A DNA stretch of 61,393 nucleotides, the filler included. It is 6 parts of 6 records of this genome, joined end to end, with 100 filler letters (N's around TTAATTAATTAA, not from the genome) between each part and the next. Parts side by side here need not be neighbours in the genome. Positions count along the whole stretch, not along the records: positions 1 to 6,966 come from SRR31156797_18909; positions 7,067 to 17,976 come from SRR31156797_18916; 4 more parts are not named here. One strand, given 5' to 3'. Shown here piece by piece: positions 1 to 11,882 of this stretch (the stretch's first letter is position 1; every line of letters starts with the position of its first letter). A program made the translations under genes and the position numbers. The notes below the pieces were generated by a model that worked only from the letters and a program-made list of their open reading frames with translations, did not search any database and was not told the DNA's origin.

Positions 1-208
1 CTCGTGACATTTCTATTTAATTTCTTGATGTTCAAACAAACACTTACTAAAAACGGAGTGCAAAGAAAATACTTTTTTAGAAAATAATCAAGGAGTTAGC
101 TAAGTTTTTGTAAAAACAATTAACATCTAGCTGTTAACTTCTCCTGATTAACTAAAAACGCTCGTTTAGCACGCGCAAATATAATTGATTTTTCGTGAAT
201 CAATAAAG

Positions 209-256
209 ATACCTACAATTAGGTATTTACCAATCTTAAAGGCTTCAATATTTTTG
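209..256 (+). promoter_or_regulatory. Palindromic operator plus Bacteroidota -7 promoter box upstream of the sensor kinase
   Basis: ATACCTA-CAAT-TAGGTAT at 209-226, then 22 nt, then TATTTTTG (TAnnTTTG consensus) at 249-256. The same layout recurs at 2908-2955. Confidence 0.7.
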
Positions 257-341
257 TATAAACGTGGCTAACAAGTTACAAATGAATTGTTCTCATAATG
301 AACAATATTTTGTATTTTTATTTCAATCAAAACATTAACCA

Positions 342-2249
342 TTGAGAAAGCTCATTACACTATTTCTACTGCAGTTATTACTCTGTACTTCTACATTTGC
401 TTCCGGGATAGACAGCTTGCTTCATGCTGCTGAAAACAGTTACAGCCCCTATCACAAGGCATTAAACTACCTGAACCTATCAAAGCTTCACGAGAAAATT
501 GATTTCGAAAAGGGGAAAGAATATGCCCATAAAGCTTTGTTTAAGCAAAATGATTCCATAATGGCAGAAGCCAGTAACCAATTGGGAAGGTTCTTCTTTT
601 TTACCTCCCAACTTGATTCAGCCCAACATTATTTTGAACAAGCTAAGTATTATTTATCTGAGATGAATGATAAAAAGAGAGTTGCTGTTGTAAACATAAG
701 CATTGGTGCTATTCAGCTTCGCAAAGCTGATTACAATTCCACAATAAAAACCCTGACTGAAAGTGTGAGCTATTTTGAACAAACCGGTGATAATCTTAAC
801 GCAGCAAAATGTTACAGTAATATGTCGGCAGCTTTTGCGGAACTCGAAAATTACCAAGCCGCAATACAATACAACCAAAAAGCACTTGAAATATTCAAAG
901 AACTCAACCACACACAGTTTCAACTCATTACCTTACCCAATTTGGCGGCCCAGCACATGCGATCAGGTGATACTATAAAAGCAATTCGTTATAACCTGGA
1001 AGCAGAAAAACTTGCCATCGCCATGAACAACAAAAGATCTTTATCCATAATCTATAACAACCTGGGGAGTGCCTATCTTGATTCAGATGAAACAAAAGCT
1101 AAAGACTACCTGGAAAAAACAATGTCTTTAAAAAAAGAGTTAAACTTTAAAAAAGGGATTGAGGTTATCGAAGGCAACCTGGGATACTTGCATTTAAAAA
1201 ACAAAGATTATAAAACGGCATTAACTTATTACAAATTAGTTACTGAAAAGGTAAATGGAAAACAATTGGCTTTTGCATACGACCAACTCAAAAAATGTTA
1301 TACCGGATTAAATCAATACAAAACAGCATTAAAGTTCGCTGAAAAATCGAGGCAATTAAACGACAGTATTTTAAGTGCTCAAAATCAGAACGTTTTTAGT
1401 GAGATACAAACTAAATATGAAACAGAAAAGAAAGAAAGAGAAATAATTGAACTTGAAGCAAAAAACCTGGAAGTAGACAACAAGCGTATACGAACTCAAA
1501 ATTTACTTTTTGCATCGCTTGTTATTTTATGGCTAACCTATATCCTGGTTTATTTTGTCATTCGTCGATCAAAACGAAAAGAAAGATCTATTCGAAAAGA
1601 CCTATTAAAAAAACTAAAAGAACAAGAACTTAATGGCATTGATGCCATTATAGATGCCCAGGAAAAAGAAAGAACCAGAATTGCAGATGAACTTCATGAT
1701 AATTTAGGAAGTAGAATTGCCACCATGAAGTTATACATCAATGAAATTACTAGTACCCCAAACGGTGAAAAGAAAACCCTACTTGACAAGCTAAATTCAC
1801 TCGCCGAAGAAACTTATGGTGAAGTCAGGCAAATTGCTCATAAAAAAAACTCAGGAGCATTAATAACTAAAGGATTGATCCCCTCCATGGTTGTCATTTC
1901 AAAACAACTTTCAGAAACCGAAAAACTAAGGGTACAAACGATAAACATTAACGTAAACCAACGCATAGAAAATACCATTGAAATTCAGGCATTCAGAATT
2001 CTTCAGGAGTTATTAACCAATATAATTAAACATGCCGAAGCCAGCGAGGTTATCATTCAGTTTTCGGAAGATAACAGTACCTTAAACATTATGGTAGAAG
2101 ACAACGGCAAGGGATTTGATATTCGTACTAAAGGAGACGGAATGGGTTTGGTAAACATTGAGAAAAGAACGGAAAGAATTAATGGCAATCTTGTGATAGA
2201 TTCTTCAGAAAACAATGGCACCACAGTAATTTTAAATATCCCCCTATGA
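342..2249 (+). CDS. TPR-repeat sensor histidine kinase (HisKA_3/NarX-type)
   Basis: Signal peptide, TPR-like helical repeats, one TM helix, H-box ERTRIADELHD, and HATPase motifs ELLTNIIKHA, EDNGKGF and GMGL. TTG start. Confidence 0.93.
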   Translation: MRKLITLFLLQLLLCTSTFASGIDSLLHAAENSYSPYHKALNYLNLSKLHEKIDFEKGKEYAHKALFKQNDSIMAEASNQLGRFFFFTSQLDSAQHYFEQAKYYLSEMNDKKRVAVVNISIGAIQLRKADYNSTIKTLTESVSYFEQTGDNLNAAKCYSNMSAAFAELENYQAAIQYNQKALEIFKELNHTQFQLITLPNLAAQHMRSGDTIKAIRYNLEAEKLAIAMNNKRSLSIIYNNLGSAYLDSDETKAKDYLEKTMSLKKELNFKKGIEVIEGNLGYLHLKNKDYKTALTYYKLVTEKVNGKQLAFAYDQLKKCYTGLNQYKTALKFAEKSRQLNDSILSAQNQNVFSEIQTKYETEKKEREIIELEAKNLEVDNKRIRTQNLLFASLVILWLTYILVYFVIRRSKRKERSIRKDLLKKLKEQELNGIDAIIDAQEKERTRIADELHDNLGSRIATMKLYINEITSTPNGEKKTLLDKLNSLAEETYGEVRQIAHKKNSGALITKGLIPSMVVISKQLSETEKLRVQTININVNQRIENTIEIQAFRILQELLTNIIKHAEASEVIIQFSEDNSTLNIMVEDNGKGFDIRTKGDGMGLVNIEKRTERINGNLVIDSSENNGTTVILNIPL

Positions 2250-2884
2250 AAATAGAAATTATTATCGCCGACGATCATCATCTCTTTATTAACGGGCTAC
2301 AATCGATTCTTGACAAAGAGTTTGAAATAGATATATTAGCTACCGTTTCAAATGGATTGGAACTAATTAAGTTACTGGAAAAAGGCACAAAACCAAACTT
2401 AGTTATCACAGATATCAGAATGCCTGTTCTGGATGGGATAGGTGCGACAAAACTGATCACGCGTGATTATCCTCAAATTCCGGTACTGGCTTTAACGATG
2501 TTCGACCAAAGTGCCGATGTATACGAAATGCTTGATGCCGGGGCAAAAGGTTATATAACCAAAGAAGCAACCCAGGAAGAACTTTTGCAGGCAATCCGAA
2601 CCATAGCCTCAGGGAACAAATATTTTTCGTCTAACCTGCCAATTGACTATGAAGGGTGGATGAAAACAAAAATAGCGAATGATCATTTAGAGCTTACCCG
2701 ACGCGAAAAAGAAATTGTTGTGCTAATTGCCAGAGGAAGAACTACACATGAAATTGCTGTGGAGCTAAAACTGAGCAAGTTCACCATCGATACACATCGC
2801 AAAAACATTCATAAAAAGCTAGGGACAAAGAGCAACACAAGCCTGGTAAATTATGCCTTGAAAAATTTTACTTCGCTGATCTGA
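2246..2884 (+). CDS. NarL/LuxR-family response regulator
   Basis: REC domain (IADDH, DIRMP, GYITK) plus LuxR HTH (LTRREKEI...TIDTHRKNIHKKLG). ATGA overlap with the kinase stop. Confidence 0.95.
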   Translation: MKIEIIIADDHHLFINGLQSILDKEFEIDILATVSNGLELIKLLEKGTKPNLVITDIRMPVLDGIGATKLITRDYPQIPVLALTMFDQSADVYEMLDAGAKGYITKEATQEELLQAIRTIASGNKYFSSNLPIDYEGWMKTKIANDHLELTRREKEIVVLIARGRTTHEIAVELKLSKFTIDTHRKNIHKKLGTKSNTSLVNYALKNFTSLI

Positions 2885-2907
2885 AATCCATCCAACAAAT
2901 TATCATA

Positions 2908-2955
2908 ATACCTAGAAGTAGGTATTTCTCCTCCCCCTTTGGTAATTTACCTTTG
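2908..2955 (+). promoter_or_regulatory. Second copy of the palindromic operator plus -7 box, upstream of the LRR gene
   Basis: ATACCTA-GAAG-TAGGTAT at 2908-2925, then 22 nt, then TACCTTTG at 2948-2955. Confidence 0.72.
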
Positions 2956-3132
2956 TTATAAAAGCACTAAGTACTAACCACTTTATGTAAGAAATATAAA
3001 AAACAAGGGTTTCTGCATTACCTCTCAATCTCCGGCAACCATTCCGTGTGTTATCACATGACTCCGGGCTTTATTATTTTATAGTATGCACAACCCGAAT
3101 ACTATTTAAATCATTAACAAAAACCAGGTATC

Positions 3133-6100
3133 ATGAAACGAATTCTACTTCTAACTATTTTCACAATTCTCTTTTCAGGTTGGGTGTTTGGAACACATAC
3201 CCTCACTGATGGCGAGGTAATTGTTACTGGAGGATATATAACAAGTTGCTCATACGGCTTTGCTGACAAAAGTATTATAATTCCAGAAACGCTAGATGGA
3301 CAAACTGTAATTGGTATTGCAGATGCTCCATCTTCAATTTATGGTGTTTTTTACCGCGAAGGAATTACCTCGGTTCAATTACCTTCCACAATCGAATACA
3401 TTGGCACAAATGCCTTTCGCGATAATAACCTTACATCTTTAAATCTTAGTGCTTGTACATCTCTTAAAGAAATTGCACAATTTGCATTTTTCGACAATCA
3501 GATTACTAGTGTAAACATTACTGGATGCACTGCTTTAATGTTAATTACTGATGCTTTTGGAGCAAACTCTTCATTGTCAAGCTTCGCATTACCAACAAAT
3601 ACAATTTATGCTGCATACGGCTGGCGAGATGACAATGGAACGACATACAGTGGAGGTGACGCAGTAACAAACATGAGAGGCGTTTACAGAGTAGCTGCCC
3701 CCTACACTCTAACCGATGATGATGTTGTTGTTAATGCTGGTGTAATTGAAAGCTGCTCCTATCATTTCTTACTAGCCGATATTACAATCCCCGAAACATT
3801 AGATGGACAAATGGTAACAGGAATAGGAGATAGTGTTTTTATGGGAAGAGATATTTATTCTCTTGTTTTACCGACAACCCTTCAAACTATTGGAATTAAC
3901 GCATTTAGTGGCAATAGCTTTAATACAAATCTCTCTTCATGTACTTCTTTGGTATCAATTGGAGAATATGCTTTTTCCGGTAATGAATTAACCGGATTCA
4001 ATTTGTCAGAATTTCCACTACTTGCATCTATTGGTAAAGGCGCATTTAGAAACAATCAGCTAACCGCTGTCGATTTATCAGGTAACACCTTGATTACGTC
4101 TATTCCTGATGAGGTATTTGAATATAATGACATACAAAGTGTAAACCTAAGTGGTTGCAGTTCTTTGCTTCAAATTGGGTATCGGGCATTTTATGGAAAC
4201 GAGATATCAATTGCAAACCTAAACGGGTGTTCTTTAATGGAAAAAATTGGGGAAAACGCATTTGCAAATAATTCGTTTTCAAGCTTTACACTTCCTACAA
4301 ATACCACCCATGCCGCATTAGGCTGGAAAGATACTGATGGCAATTCATATACAGGCGGGCAAACTGTTAATGAACTATACACAATATACAGAATTCCAAT
4401 AACCTATACCCTTACTGATGCTGATGTTGAAGTAACAGCAGGAATTATTACCAGCAGTACAGGAGCTTATCCATATTCCGATATTATTATTCCATCTGCT
4501 CTTGATGGACAAACTGTAATTGGAACTGCAGATGCAACCAATGCTACTAGCGGAGTATTCTATGGTCAGGATATTACCTCCATACAGCTACCTTCAACAA
4601 TGCAAACCTTAGGCGATTATTCGTTTTATGATAATTTACTTGTTGATATTGACATAACCCATTGCACAAGCCTGATAAATATTGGCTACCGGGCATTTAG
4701 CAGCAACCCAACCAATGGCTTTACCTTACCAATTGTTTCAGGCTACGAACAATATGGCTGGAACGATGGAGATGGCAATTCATACATGGGAGGAGATTTT
4801 ATTACTGATGTAGACAACTATTACAAAGCTGGCATACCTTATACACTTACGGACGAAGATGTTGCCGTTCATAACGGAATTATCGATAGCTGCTATTACG
4901 ATTTTTCGCTTACCAACATAATTATTCCGGACACACTTGATGGTCAGGCAATAATTGGAATAGTAAAAAATGAAGATTACGATGTAGTTTTTGCCTATAA
5001 AAACATAACCTCAGTTCAATTGCCAACTACGCTCGAATTTATTGGCTATAGTGCTTTTTACGACAATAACTTACAAAGTATCGATTTATCGGTTTGTCCA
5101 TTGCTAGACTCAATAGGAGATTATGCTTTTGATAGTAATATATTAGACAGCATTGATTTATCCAATTCTTCTTTACTTCGTAGCATTGGAGAATATGCTT
5201 TTTCAGGCAACAATATATTTGATCTTGATTTTTCCGCTTGTTCAGCTTTAGAATTTATTGGATACGAAGCATTTTATGATAACGAATTTACTACTTTATC
5301 GTTTGCTGGTTGTACAGCATTAGAGATTATTGATGAATATGCTTTTTCCGATAATAGCAACCTATCTCAAATTGACTTAAGTGCATGTACATCTCTATAT
5401 TACATTGGAGAAGATGCCTTCAATTATGGTTCTCTTTCTTCTTTTGCTTTGCCAACCAATAGTATTTATTCTGCTTTAGGCTGGAGGGACGGAGATGGAA
5501 ATACCTATTCTGGGGGGGAAACTGTTACAGATATTGACACATACTACAAAATACCAATCCAATACACGTTAACAAATGATGATGTTATAGTGGAGAACGG
5601 AATAATTAAGAATTGTAGTTATCATTATGAGTTTACTGATATTATTATTCCTGAAACTTTAGATGGGCAAACCATTGTTGGTATTGCTGATACAACAAAC
5701 AGCTCTTATGGTGTTTTCGCATACTCTGGAATTACATCTGTACAATTTCCATCTTCTTTAGAATTTGTGGGAGCATATGCTTTTTACGATCATTCTATAA
5801 TCGGCTCTTTAGATTTTTCTACGTGCCCAAACTTAACTTCAATAAATAATCAAGCATTTTACTCCGGCAATATCAGTTTAGACAGCGTTAGTTTTTCCGG
5901 GTGCAGTAATATTTCTACAATTGGATCTCTTGCTTTTGGTTATAATTCGATAACAGGAGTTGATTTTTCAGGATGTACATCGCTTATTGAAATAGGTGAA
6001 TATGCTTTTCAATATAACGATATTATAAACTTGAACCTTACCGGCTGTTCTGCTTTAAAATCAATCAAAAAATATGCTTTTAGAAGCTCTAAAATGATTA

Positions 6101-6966
6101 CCCTCGACTTTACCGACTGTACATCGCTTTCTACTATCGGAGAATATGCTTTTGGGTACGTAACAACACTTTCCAGTGCAAACATAAACATGAGTGGCTG
6201 TACCTCACTTACACAAATTGGCTACAATGCATTTTACGGATCGTCAGGTGGTTTTGCTCTGCCAACTCCTGATATTACCGGTTACCTGCTAGATTATTGG
6301 CTGGCAGGAACGGGATTACATCACGAAGGAGGAGAAACAGTAACAAATACAAGTACCACGTATGTAGCTCAGCTTGTTTCTGCCTATACGGCTACATTCA
6401 ATGTTAGCGATGGCGTTTCACCAATTGAAAGTGTCACAATCGACCTAGATGGATACACTCCAAAAGTTACTGATATAAACGGGCAAGCCGTCTTTACGGT
6501 GGCAGTAGATGACTCTATTGCTTATACCGCTACTTCGAGCAACTATTTACCGGTTACTGATAGTATTTCGGTAACCGACACCGTTGTGATAGAAAATGTA
6601 ATTCTAACACCTTGCTACACTACATCTTTGCTTAACGAAACAATTTGTGAAGGAGAAAGCGTCAATGTGGGAGATTCAAGCTACTCTACATCAGGTACTT
6701 TTATTACAACTTTGGTTGGAGAAAACCAATATGGTTGCGACAGCATAGTTACCTTAAATCTCACAGTTAATCCTGTTAACAGCATTGATCTAACAGAATC
6801 AATCTGCGAAGGAGATGTATATTATGTTGGCGACTCAAGTTACTCCGAAACAGGAATATTTGTTACATCATTACAAAACCAGCTTGGTTGTGATAGTACT
6901 GTAAATCTTAATCTTACAGTGATCCCCAACGATTTCACCGAACTGAATGACACTATAGCCGGTGGC
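3133..6966 (+). CDS. Secreted BspA-type leucine-rich-repeat surface protein, 3'-truncated by the contig end
   Basis: Signal peptide and many LRR_5-type repeats (LxxIGxxAFxxNxLxxxxLxxC). Five modules each begin (H/Y)TLTx and contain IPxxLDGQ. C-terminal ICEG...GCDSxVxLNLTV repeats. Confidence 0.88.
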
Positions 6967-7066
6967 NNNNNNNNNNNNNNNNNNNNNNNNNNNNNNNNNN
7001 NNNNNNNNNNTTAATTAATTAANNNNNNNNNNNNNNNNNNNNNNNNNNNNNNNNNNNNNNNNNNNN
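6967..7066. other. Artificial contig spacer
   Basis: N44-TTAATTAATTAA-N44 (stops in all frames), with an abrupt composition change across it. Confidence 0.99.
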
Positions 7067-7280
7067 CCCCGGCACCGGCGATGCAGGCGACGACGGTGGC
7101 CGGAAAGGGATGGATGCCGTTGACGATCAACACGGCGGAAACGGCGGCGCCAAGCGGAAAGCTGCCGTCCACCGTCAGGTCCGGGAACTGCAGGACCCGA
7201 AACGAGATGTAAACACCGAGCGCGACGAGACCGAATATCAATCCGGTCTCGAGCGTGCCGAGAAAAGCAATCAGGCTCAC
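7067..7280 (-). CDS. ABC transporter permease, N-terminal part only
   Basis: GLIFGLVALGVYISFRVLQFPDLTVDGSFPLG motif. Lies directly downstream of the binding-protein gene. Confidence 0.88.
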
Positions 7281-7337
7281 GTAGCGTCCTTAATGTTGTT
7301 TGTTCTTGTTATTGTCCTTGCGATACCGCATCGGCGT

Positions 7338-8300
7338 TCAGCGAACCACCTTTGTGGCCTCGGCGATCACCGCCTCCGGCACCTTCACACCCATCTTGGC
7401 GGCGCTGTCGAGATTCAGGTACAGGTCCGTTTTATTGACGCCACTTACCGGAATGTCGCCGGTCTTCTCGCCCTTTAGGATGCGCACGACGACCTCGCCG
7501 GTCTGCCGGCCGATTTCATAATAGTTGAAGCCGACGGCGGCGATGGCGCCGCGCGGTACCGAATCCGTATCGGCGGCATAGACCGGGATCTGGGCATCGA
7601 TGCCGACCTTGGTGACCGCTTCAAACGCCGAAACCACCGTGTTGTCGGTGGGAACGTAAAAGGCGTCGACCTTGCCGACCAGGGACCGGGCGGCGGCCAG
7701 CACTTCGCTCGATTTCGGGGCCGGTCCTTCGAAAACCTCGATACCGAGCGCCGGCGCCGCGGCCTTGACCGCGTCCAGCGACGAAACCGAATTGACCTCG
7801 CCCGGATTGAACAGCACGCCGAGCCTTTTGACGTTCGGCGAAATGCGCTTGATCATCGCCAGGTGCTTGTCGATCGGGGCCATGTCCGAGGTGCCGGTCA
7901 CGTTGGCGCCCGGCTTTTCCCAGTTGCTGACCAGCTTGGCGGCGATGGGATCGGTAACCGCGGAAAAAACGACCGGGATCGTCTTGGTCGAGGCAACGGC
8001 GGCCTGCGCCGACGGCGTCGCGATGGCGACGATCACATCCGGTTCGTCACCGACGAATTTCTTGGCGATCTGGGCGGCCGTTACCGGATTGCCCTGGGCG
8101 CTCTGATATTCCCATTTCAGGTTCTTGCCTTCGACGTAACCGGCCTCGGCCAGCACGTCCTTGACGCCCTTGCGGCAGGCATCCAGCGCCGGGTGCTCGA
8201 CGATCTGGGTGATGGCGACGGATTTGTCGGCGGCGAAGGCGCCGGTGGCGCCGCAGACCAAAGCCAACGCGGCGGCGAATAAACGAATGGTGATTTTCAT
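7338..8300 (-). CDS. ABC transporter substrate-binding protein (ABC_sub_bind family, putative aromatic amino acid)
   Basis: Signal peptide and motifs IVEHPALD, IATPSAQ, FSAVTDP, NVTGTSD and PTDNTV. Confidence 0.9.
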   Translation of the reverse strand: MKITIRLFAAALALVCGATGAFAADKSVAITQIVEHPALDACRKGVKDVLAEAGYVEGKNLKWEYQSAQGNPVTAAQIAKKFVGDEPDVIVAIATPSAQAAVASTKTIPVVFSAVTDPIAAKLVSNWEKPGANVTGTSDMAPIDKHLAMIKRISPNVKRLGVLFNPGEVNSVSSLDAVKAAAPALGIEVFEGPAPKSSEVLAAARSLVGKVDAFYVPTDNTVVSAFEAVTKVGIDAQIPVYAADTDSVPRGAIAAVGFNYYEIGRQTGEVVVRILKGEKTGDIPVSGVNKTDLYLNLDSAAKMGVKVPEAVIAEATKVVR

Positions 8301-8492
8301 TGCTCCCCTCTTTCGGTCTTCCTGAACCGGGGCATATTAACCGTCCAGACCGTCAGGGAAAGGGAAAGTTAGACCTATGCAACGATGCCAACGGTGCCAT
8401 GCAAAAAAAACGGCCCTTCGAAGCTTGAGAAATATCGGCCGATGGGCCACGTGTGGCCGGCCGGATAAGATGACATCTGTGGGACGGACGCC

Positions 8493-9254
8493 ATGACCAT
8501 CACCGATCACACCGACGATCTGTACGCTCTTCTCTGTTTCCTCGTTTGCTGGGCCGGCTACACCTGGTTCGCCGATCAATTGCGTCGCGAAGGCGGCAAC
8601 ATCATGATCGCCATGCACGACGTCCGTCTGCAATGGATGGAACGCATGCTCAAGCGCGATGTCCGCATCGGCGACGTCAATATCGTGTCGTCGCTGGCCC
8701 GCAGCAGCGGCGTCTTCGTGACGACGACCGTCTTCATCATGGCCGGTCTGGTCACCATCCTGGGCGCGCTCGACAAGGCCCGCGCCCTGATATCGGATCT
8801 GTCCTTCGTGGTGCCGGCTTCCCGCGAGATGTGGGAGATGAAGATCCTCCTTCTGATCCTGATCTTCGTCTATGCCTTTTTCAAATTCGTCTGGTCGCTG
8901 CGCCAGTTCAATTTCGCCATGATGCTGGTCGGTTCGGCGCCGCTGCCCTACGAAACTGATGCGCCCGACCGGGACAGCTATCCACGGCGGGCCAGCCGGG
9001 TCATCTCGCTGGCGGTCGATTCCTTCAATCGCGGCGTACGGGCCTACTATTTCGGCATGGCGACGCTGGGCTGGATCGTCGATCCGTGGGTCTTCGCCGT
9101 CGCTTCGATCTGGGTTATTCTGGTTCTGTACCGGCGCGAATTCAGGTCCCAGACCCTGGCCACCATCAACAGCGACGATGGCGATCCGTTCAGGCCCCTG
9201 GGAGCGTCCGCACCGCCGTCCTACGAACCGACCGTCGAAACTCCGGCCGAGTGA
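8493..9254 (+). CDS. DUF599-family membrane protein
   Basis: Four hydrophobic segments with RxxWM, YAFFKFxWSLRQFN and FNRGVRAYYF motifs. Confidence 0.85.
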   Translation: MTITDHTDDLYALLCFLVCWAGYTWFADQLRREGGNIMIAMHDVRLQWMERMLKRDVRIGDVNIVSSLARSSGVFVTTTVFIMAGLVTILGALDKARALISDLSFVVPASREMWEMKILLLILIFVYAFFKFVWSLRQFNFAMMLVGSAPLPYETDAPDRDSYPRRASRVISLAVDSFNRGVRAYYFGMATLGWIVDPWVFAVASIWVILVLYRREFRSQTLATINSDDGDPFRPLGASAPPSYEPTVETPAE

Positions 9255-9258
9255 CGAG

Positions 9259-9939
9259 ATGAACCTGTTTGATCCGAATACCCTGTTTGGCCGCCTGCGC
9301 GCCGCCTGCGGGCCGGAATGGTCCGCCTACGTGAACCATGCCTTCGTTGCCCAACTGGCTGCCGGAACCCTGTCCGAGTCCTGTTTCCGCCGCTATCTGG
9401 GCCAGGATTACCTGTTTCTGATCCATTTCGCCCGGGCTTACGGCCTGGCCGCTTTCAAAGCCGGCGACATCGACGATATCCGCCTGGCGGCCCAGGGTCT
9501 GGACGCCATGATCAATGTCGAGATGGGCCTGCACGTCAAATTCTGCGGCCGCTGGGGATTGAGCGAAACGGAAATGGCGGCGCTGCCGGAGGCCGACGCG
9601 ACCATGGCCTACACCCGTTTCGTGTTGGAACGCGGCATGGCCGGCGATCTTCTGGACCTGCATGTGGCGTTGGCGCCCTGCATTGTCGGTTATGCCGAAA
9701 TCGGTCATGCCCTGGCCGAAAAATGCGGCGGATCGATCACCGAGAATCCTTATCGCGAATGGATCGATCTGTACGCCTCCGACGACTACCAATCCGTCGC
9801 CGCCGACGAGGTTGCCTATCTCGACCATTTGATGGAAAAACGGGGCGGACCCGGCCGCATCCGGGGTTTGACCGAAACCTTCCGTCAGGCGACGCGCCTG
9901 GAAACGGCCTTCTGGCAGATGGGCCTGGACGCCGAATAA
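9259..9939 (+). CDS. tenA: TenA-family protein (thiaminase II / aminopyrimidine aminohydrolase)
   Basis: [39 protein letters not shown] and LETAFW. Start reassigned to the ATG at 9259 after the DUF599 stop. Confidence 0.88.
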   Translation: MNLFDPNTLFGRLRAACGPEWSAYVNHAFVAQLAAGTLSESCFRRYLGQDYLFLIHFARAYGLAAFKAGDIDDIRLAAQGLDAMINVEMGLHVKFCGRWGLSETEMAALPEADATMAYTRFVLERGMAGDLLDLHVALAPCIVGYAEIGHALAEKCGGSITENPYREWIDLYASDDYQSVAADEVAYLDHLMEKRGGPGRIRGLTETFRQATRLETAFWQMGLDAE

Positions 9940-9986
9940 TCACCGACCCCTGGGATTGCCGCACCGAAGACGCCATATTGGATGCC

Positions 9987-11093
9987 ATGAATTCGCTTGC
10001 CATCGATAAGCCGGCCCGTGATGCCCGCGTCGTCGTCGCCATGTCCGGCGGCGTCGATAGTTCCGTGACCGCGGCTCTGTTGGTCGAAGAAGGCTTCGAC
10101 GTCATCGGCGTTACCATGCAGCTTTATGATCACGGCAAGGCGACGGGCAAGCCCGGTACCTGTTGCGCCGGCAAGGACATCCATGATGCCAGGCGGGTCG
10201 CCGATCGCATCGGCATCCCCCATTACGTGCTCGATTACGAAGACCGATTTCGCACTTCCGTCATCGACGATTTCGTCGATACCTACCTTGAAGGCGAAAC
10301 GCCGATCCCCTGCATCCGCTGTAACCAGACCGTCAAGTTCACCGACATGATGGGGATGGCCGAAAACTTGGGCGCCGACGCCCTGGTCACCGGCCATTAC
10401 GTGCGCTGGCACGCAGGAGCAGAGGGGCCGGAGTTGCACCGCGGCGCCGATCATACCCGCGACCAGAGCTATTTCCTCTACGCCACGACGCGCGACCAGT
10501 TGTCCCGCCTGCGCTTTCCCTTGGGCGCCATGGACAAGGATGAAACCCGCCAGCACGCGCGCCGCTTCGGGCTTTCCGTCGCCGCCAAGGCCGACAGCCA
10601 GGACATCTGTTTCGTGCCGAACGGATCGTATGCCGGCGTCATCGAAAAGCTGCGCCCCGGCGCCTGCGATCCCGGTGATATCGTCGATTTGGACGGCAAC
10701 GTGCTCGGCCGCCACGACGGCATCATCAACTACACCATCGGCCAGCGCCGGGGTCTCGGCATCGGCGGCGGCAATCCGCTCTACGTCGTCAGGCTGGAAC
10801 CCGAAGCACGCCGGGTCGTGGTCGGGTCGTCCGACGCCCTGCTCAAGGATCGCCTGTCTGTACGCGAGGTCAACTGGCTCGGCGCCGGCGATGGACCGCC
10901 GGAAGCGGGCTTGGGCGTCTCGGTCAAGCTGCGTTCGACCCAGCCGCTGATCGGCGCCACCGTTTTCGGGCGCGAGGACGCCACTGCCGAAATCGTTCTG
11001 AACGATCCCCAGGCCGGCATCGCACCGGGCCAAGCCTGCGTATTCTATGACGGCGAGCGCCTCCTCGGCGGCGGCTGGATCACGCGGTCCTGA
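9987..11093 (+). CDS. mnmA: tRNA 2-thiouridine(34) synthase
   Basis: [42 protein letters not shown] and PGQACVFY. Start reassigned to 9987. Confidence 0.97.
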   Translation: MNSLAIDKPARDARVVVAMSGGVDSSVTAALLVEEGFDVIGVTMQLYDHGKATGKPGTCCAGKDIHDARRVADRIGIPHYVLDYEDRFRTSVIDDFVDTYLEGETPIPCIRCNQTVKFTDMMGMAENLGADALVTGHYVRWHAGAEGPELHRGADHTRDQSYFLYATTRDQLSRLRFPLGAMDKDETRQHARRFGLSVAAKADSQDICFVPNGSYAGVIEKLRPGACDPGDIVDLDGNVLGRHDGIINYTIGQRRGLGIGGGNPLYVVRLEPEARRVVVGSSDALLKDRLSVREVNWLGAGDGPPEAGLGVSVKLRSTQPLIGATVFGREDATAEIVLNDPQAGIAPGQACVFYDGERLLGGGWITRS

Positions 11094-11189
11094 AATCCCG
11101 ATAGAAAAAGAGGCGGTCAAACCGCTTTCGGTATGCGGCGCATCTCCCTATGATCGCGGCCAAAAGACCACCATCATCGGAGGAACTCC

Positions 11190-11882
11190 TTGGCCCTGAC
11201 GCCGCGCCTCATCGCGTCCGCCTTCCAGGCGACCCTTCCCGTCATCCTCGGCTATTTCCCGCTCGGCTTCGCCTTCGGGTTTCTGTTCGTCGATCAGACC
11301 GGATTGGGCTGGGTCTACGCGCCGCTGATGAGCCTCATCGTCTTCGCCGGTGCCTCGCAGTTCCTTGCCGTCGGGTTGCTGGCCGCCGGTGCCGGTGTCG
11401 TCGAGATCGCGGCGGCGACCTTCATTCTCAACCTGCGCCATGCCTTTTTCGGGGTCAGCCTGCTCGAACGCTGGCGTGGAGCGGGTTTTAAGAAGGTCTT
11501 CATGATCTATTGGCTAACCGACGAAACCTACGCGCTGTTCACCAGCGTCAAGGCGCCCACAAAGGAAGACGAAACCGATTTCCACCTGCTGATTTCAGGC
11601 ATCAACTATTCGACCTGGTGCATCGGCAGCTTGGCCGGCGCCCTGACCGGACAGGCCCTGGTCATCGATACGACCGGATTGGATTTCACGCTGACGGCGC
11701 TGTTCGTGGTGTTGATGGTGGAACAGGCCAAACAGGTGCGCCAACCCTATCCATTCGCGCTGGCCCTGGTCTGCGGCTTCGGCACTCTGGCCCTGTTCGG
11801 CGCCGCCAATATGCTGCTGATTTCGATCACCGCGGCGCTGGTCCTGTTGATCGCCGACGGCGCGCGCAGGGGGTGGGCATGA
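11190..11882 (+). CDS. azlC: AzlC-family branched-chain amino acid exporter
   Basis: PVILGYFPLGFAFG, MSLIVFAGASQF, NLRH and LTDETYA. GGAGG precedes the TTG start. Confidence 0.9.
   Translation: MALTPRLIASAFQATLPVILGYFPLGFAFGFLFVDQTGLGWVYAPLMSLIVFAGASQFLAVGLLAAGAGVVEIAAATFILNLRHAFFGVSLLERWRGAGFKKVFMIYWLTDETYALFTSVKAPTKEDETDFHLLISGINYSTWCIGSLAGALTGQALVIDTTGLDFTLTALFVVLMVEQAKQVRQPYPFALALVCGFGTLALFGAANMLLISITAALVLLIADGARRGWA

Noticed and set aside
9318-9986. Apparent 223-aa N-terminal extension of MnmA
   Set aside because: It is an alternate frame of tenA; MnmA homology starts at ATG 9987.
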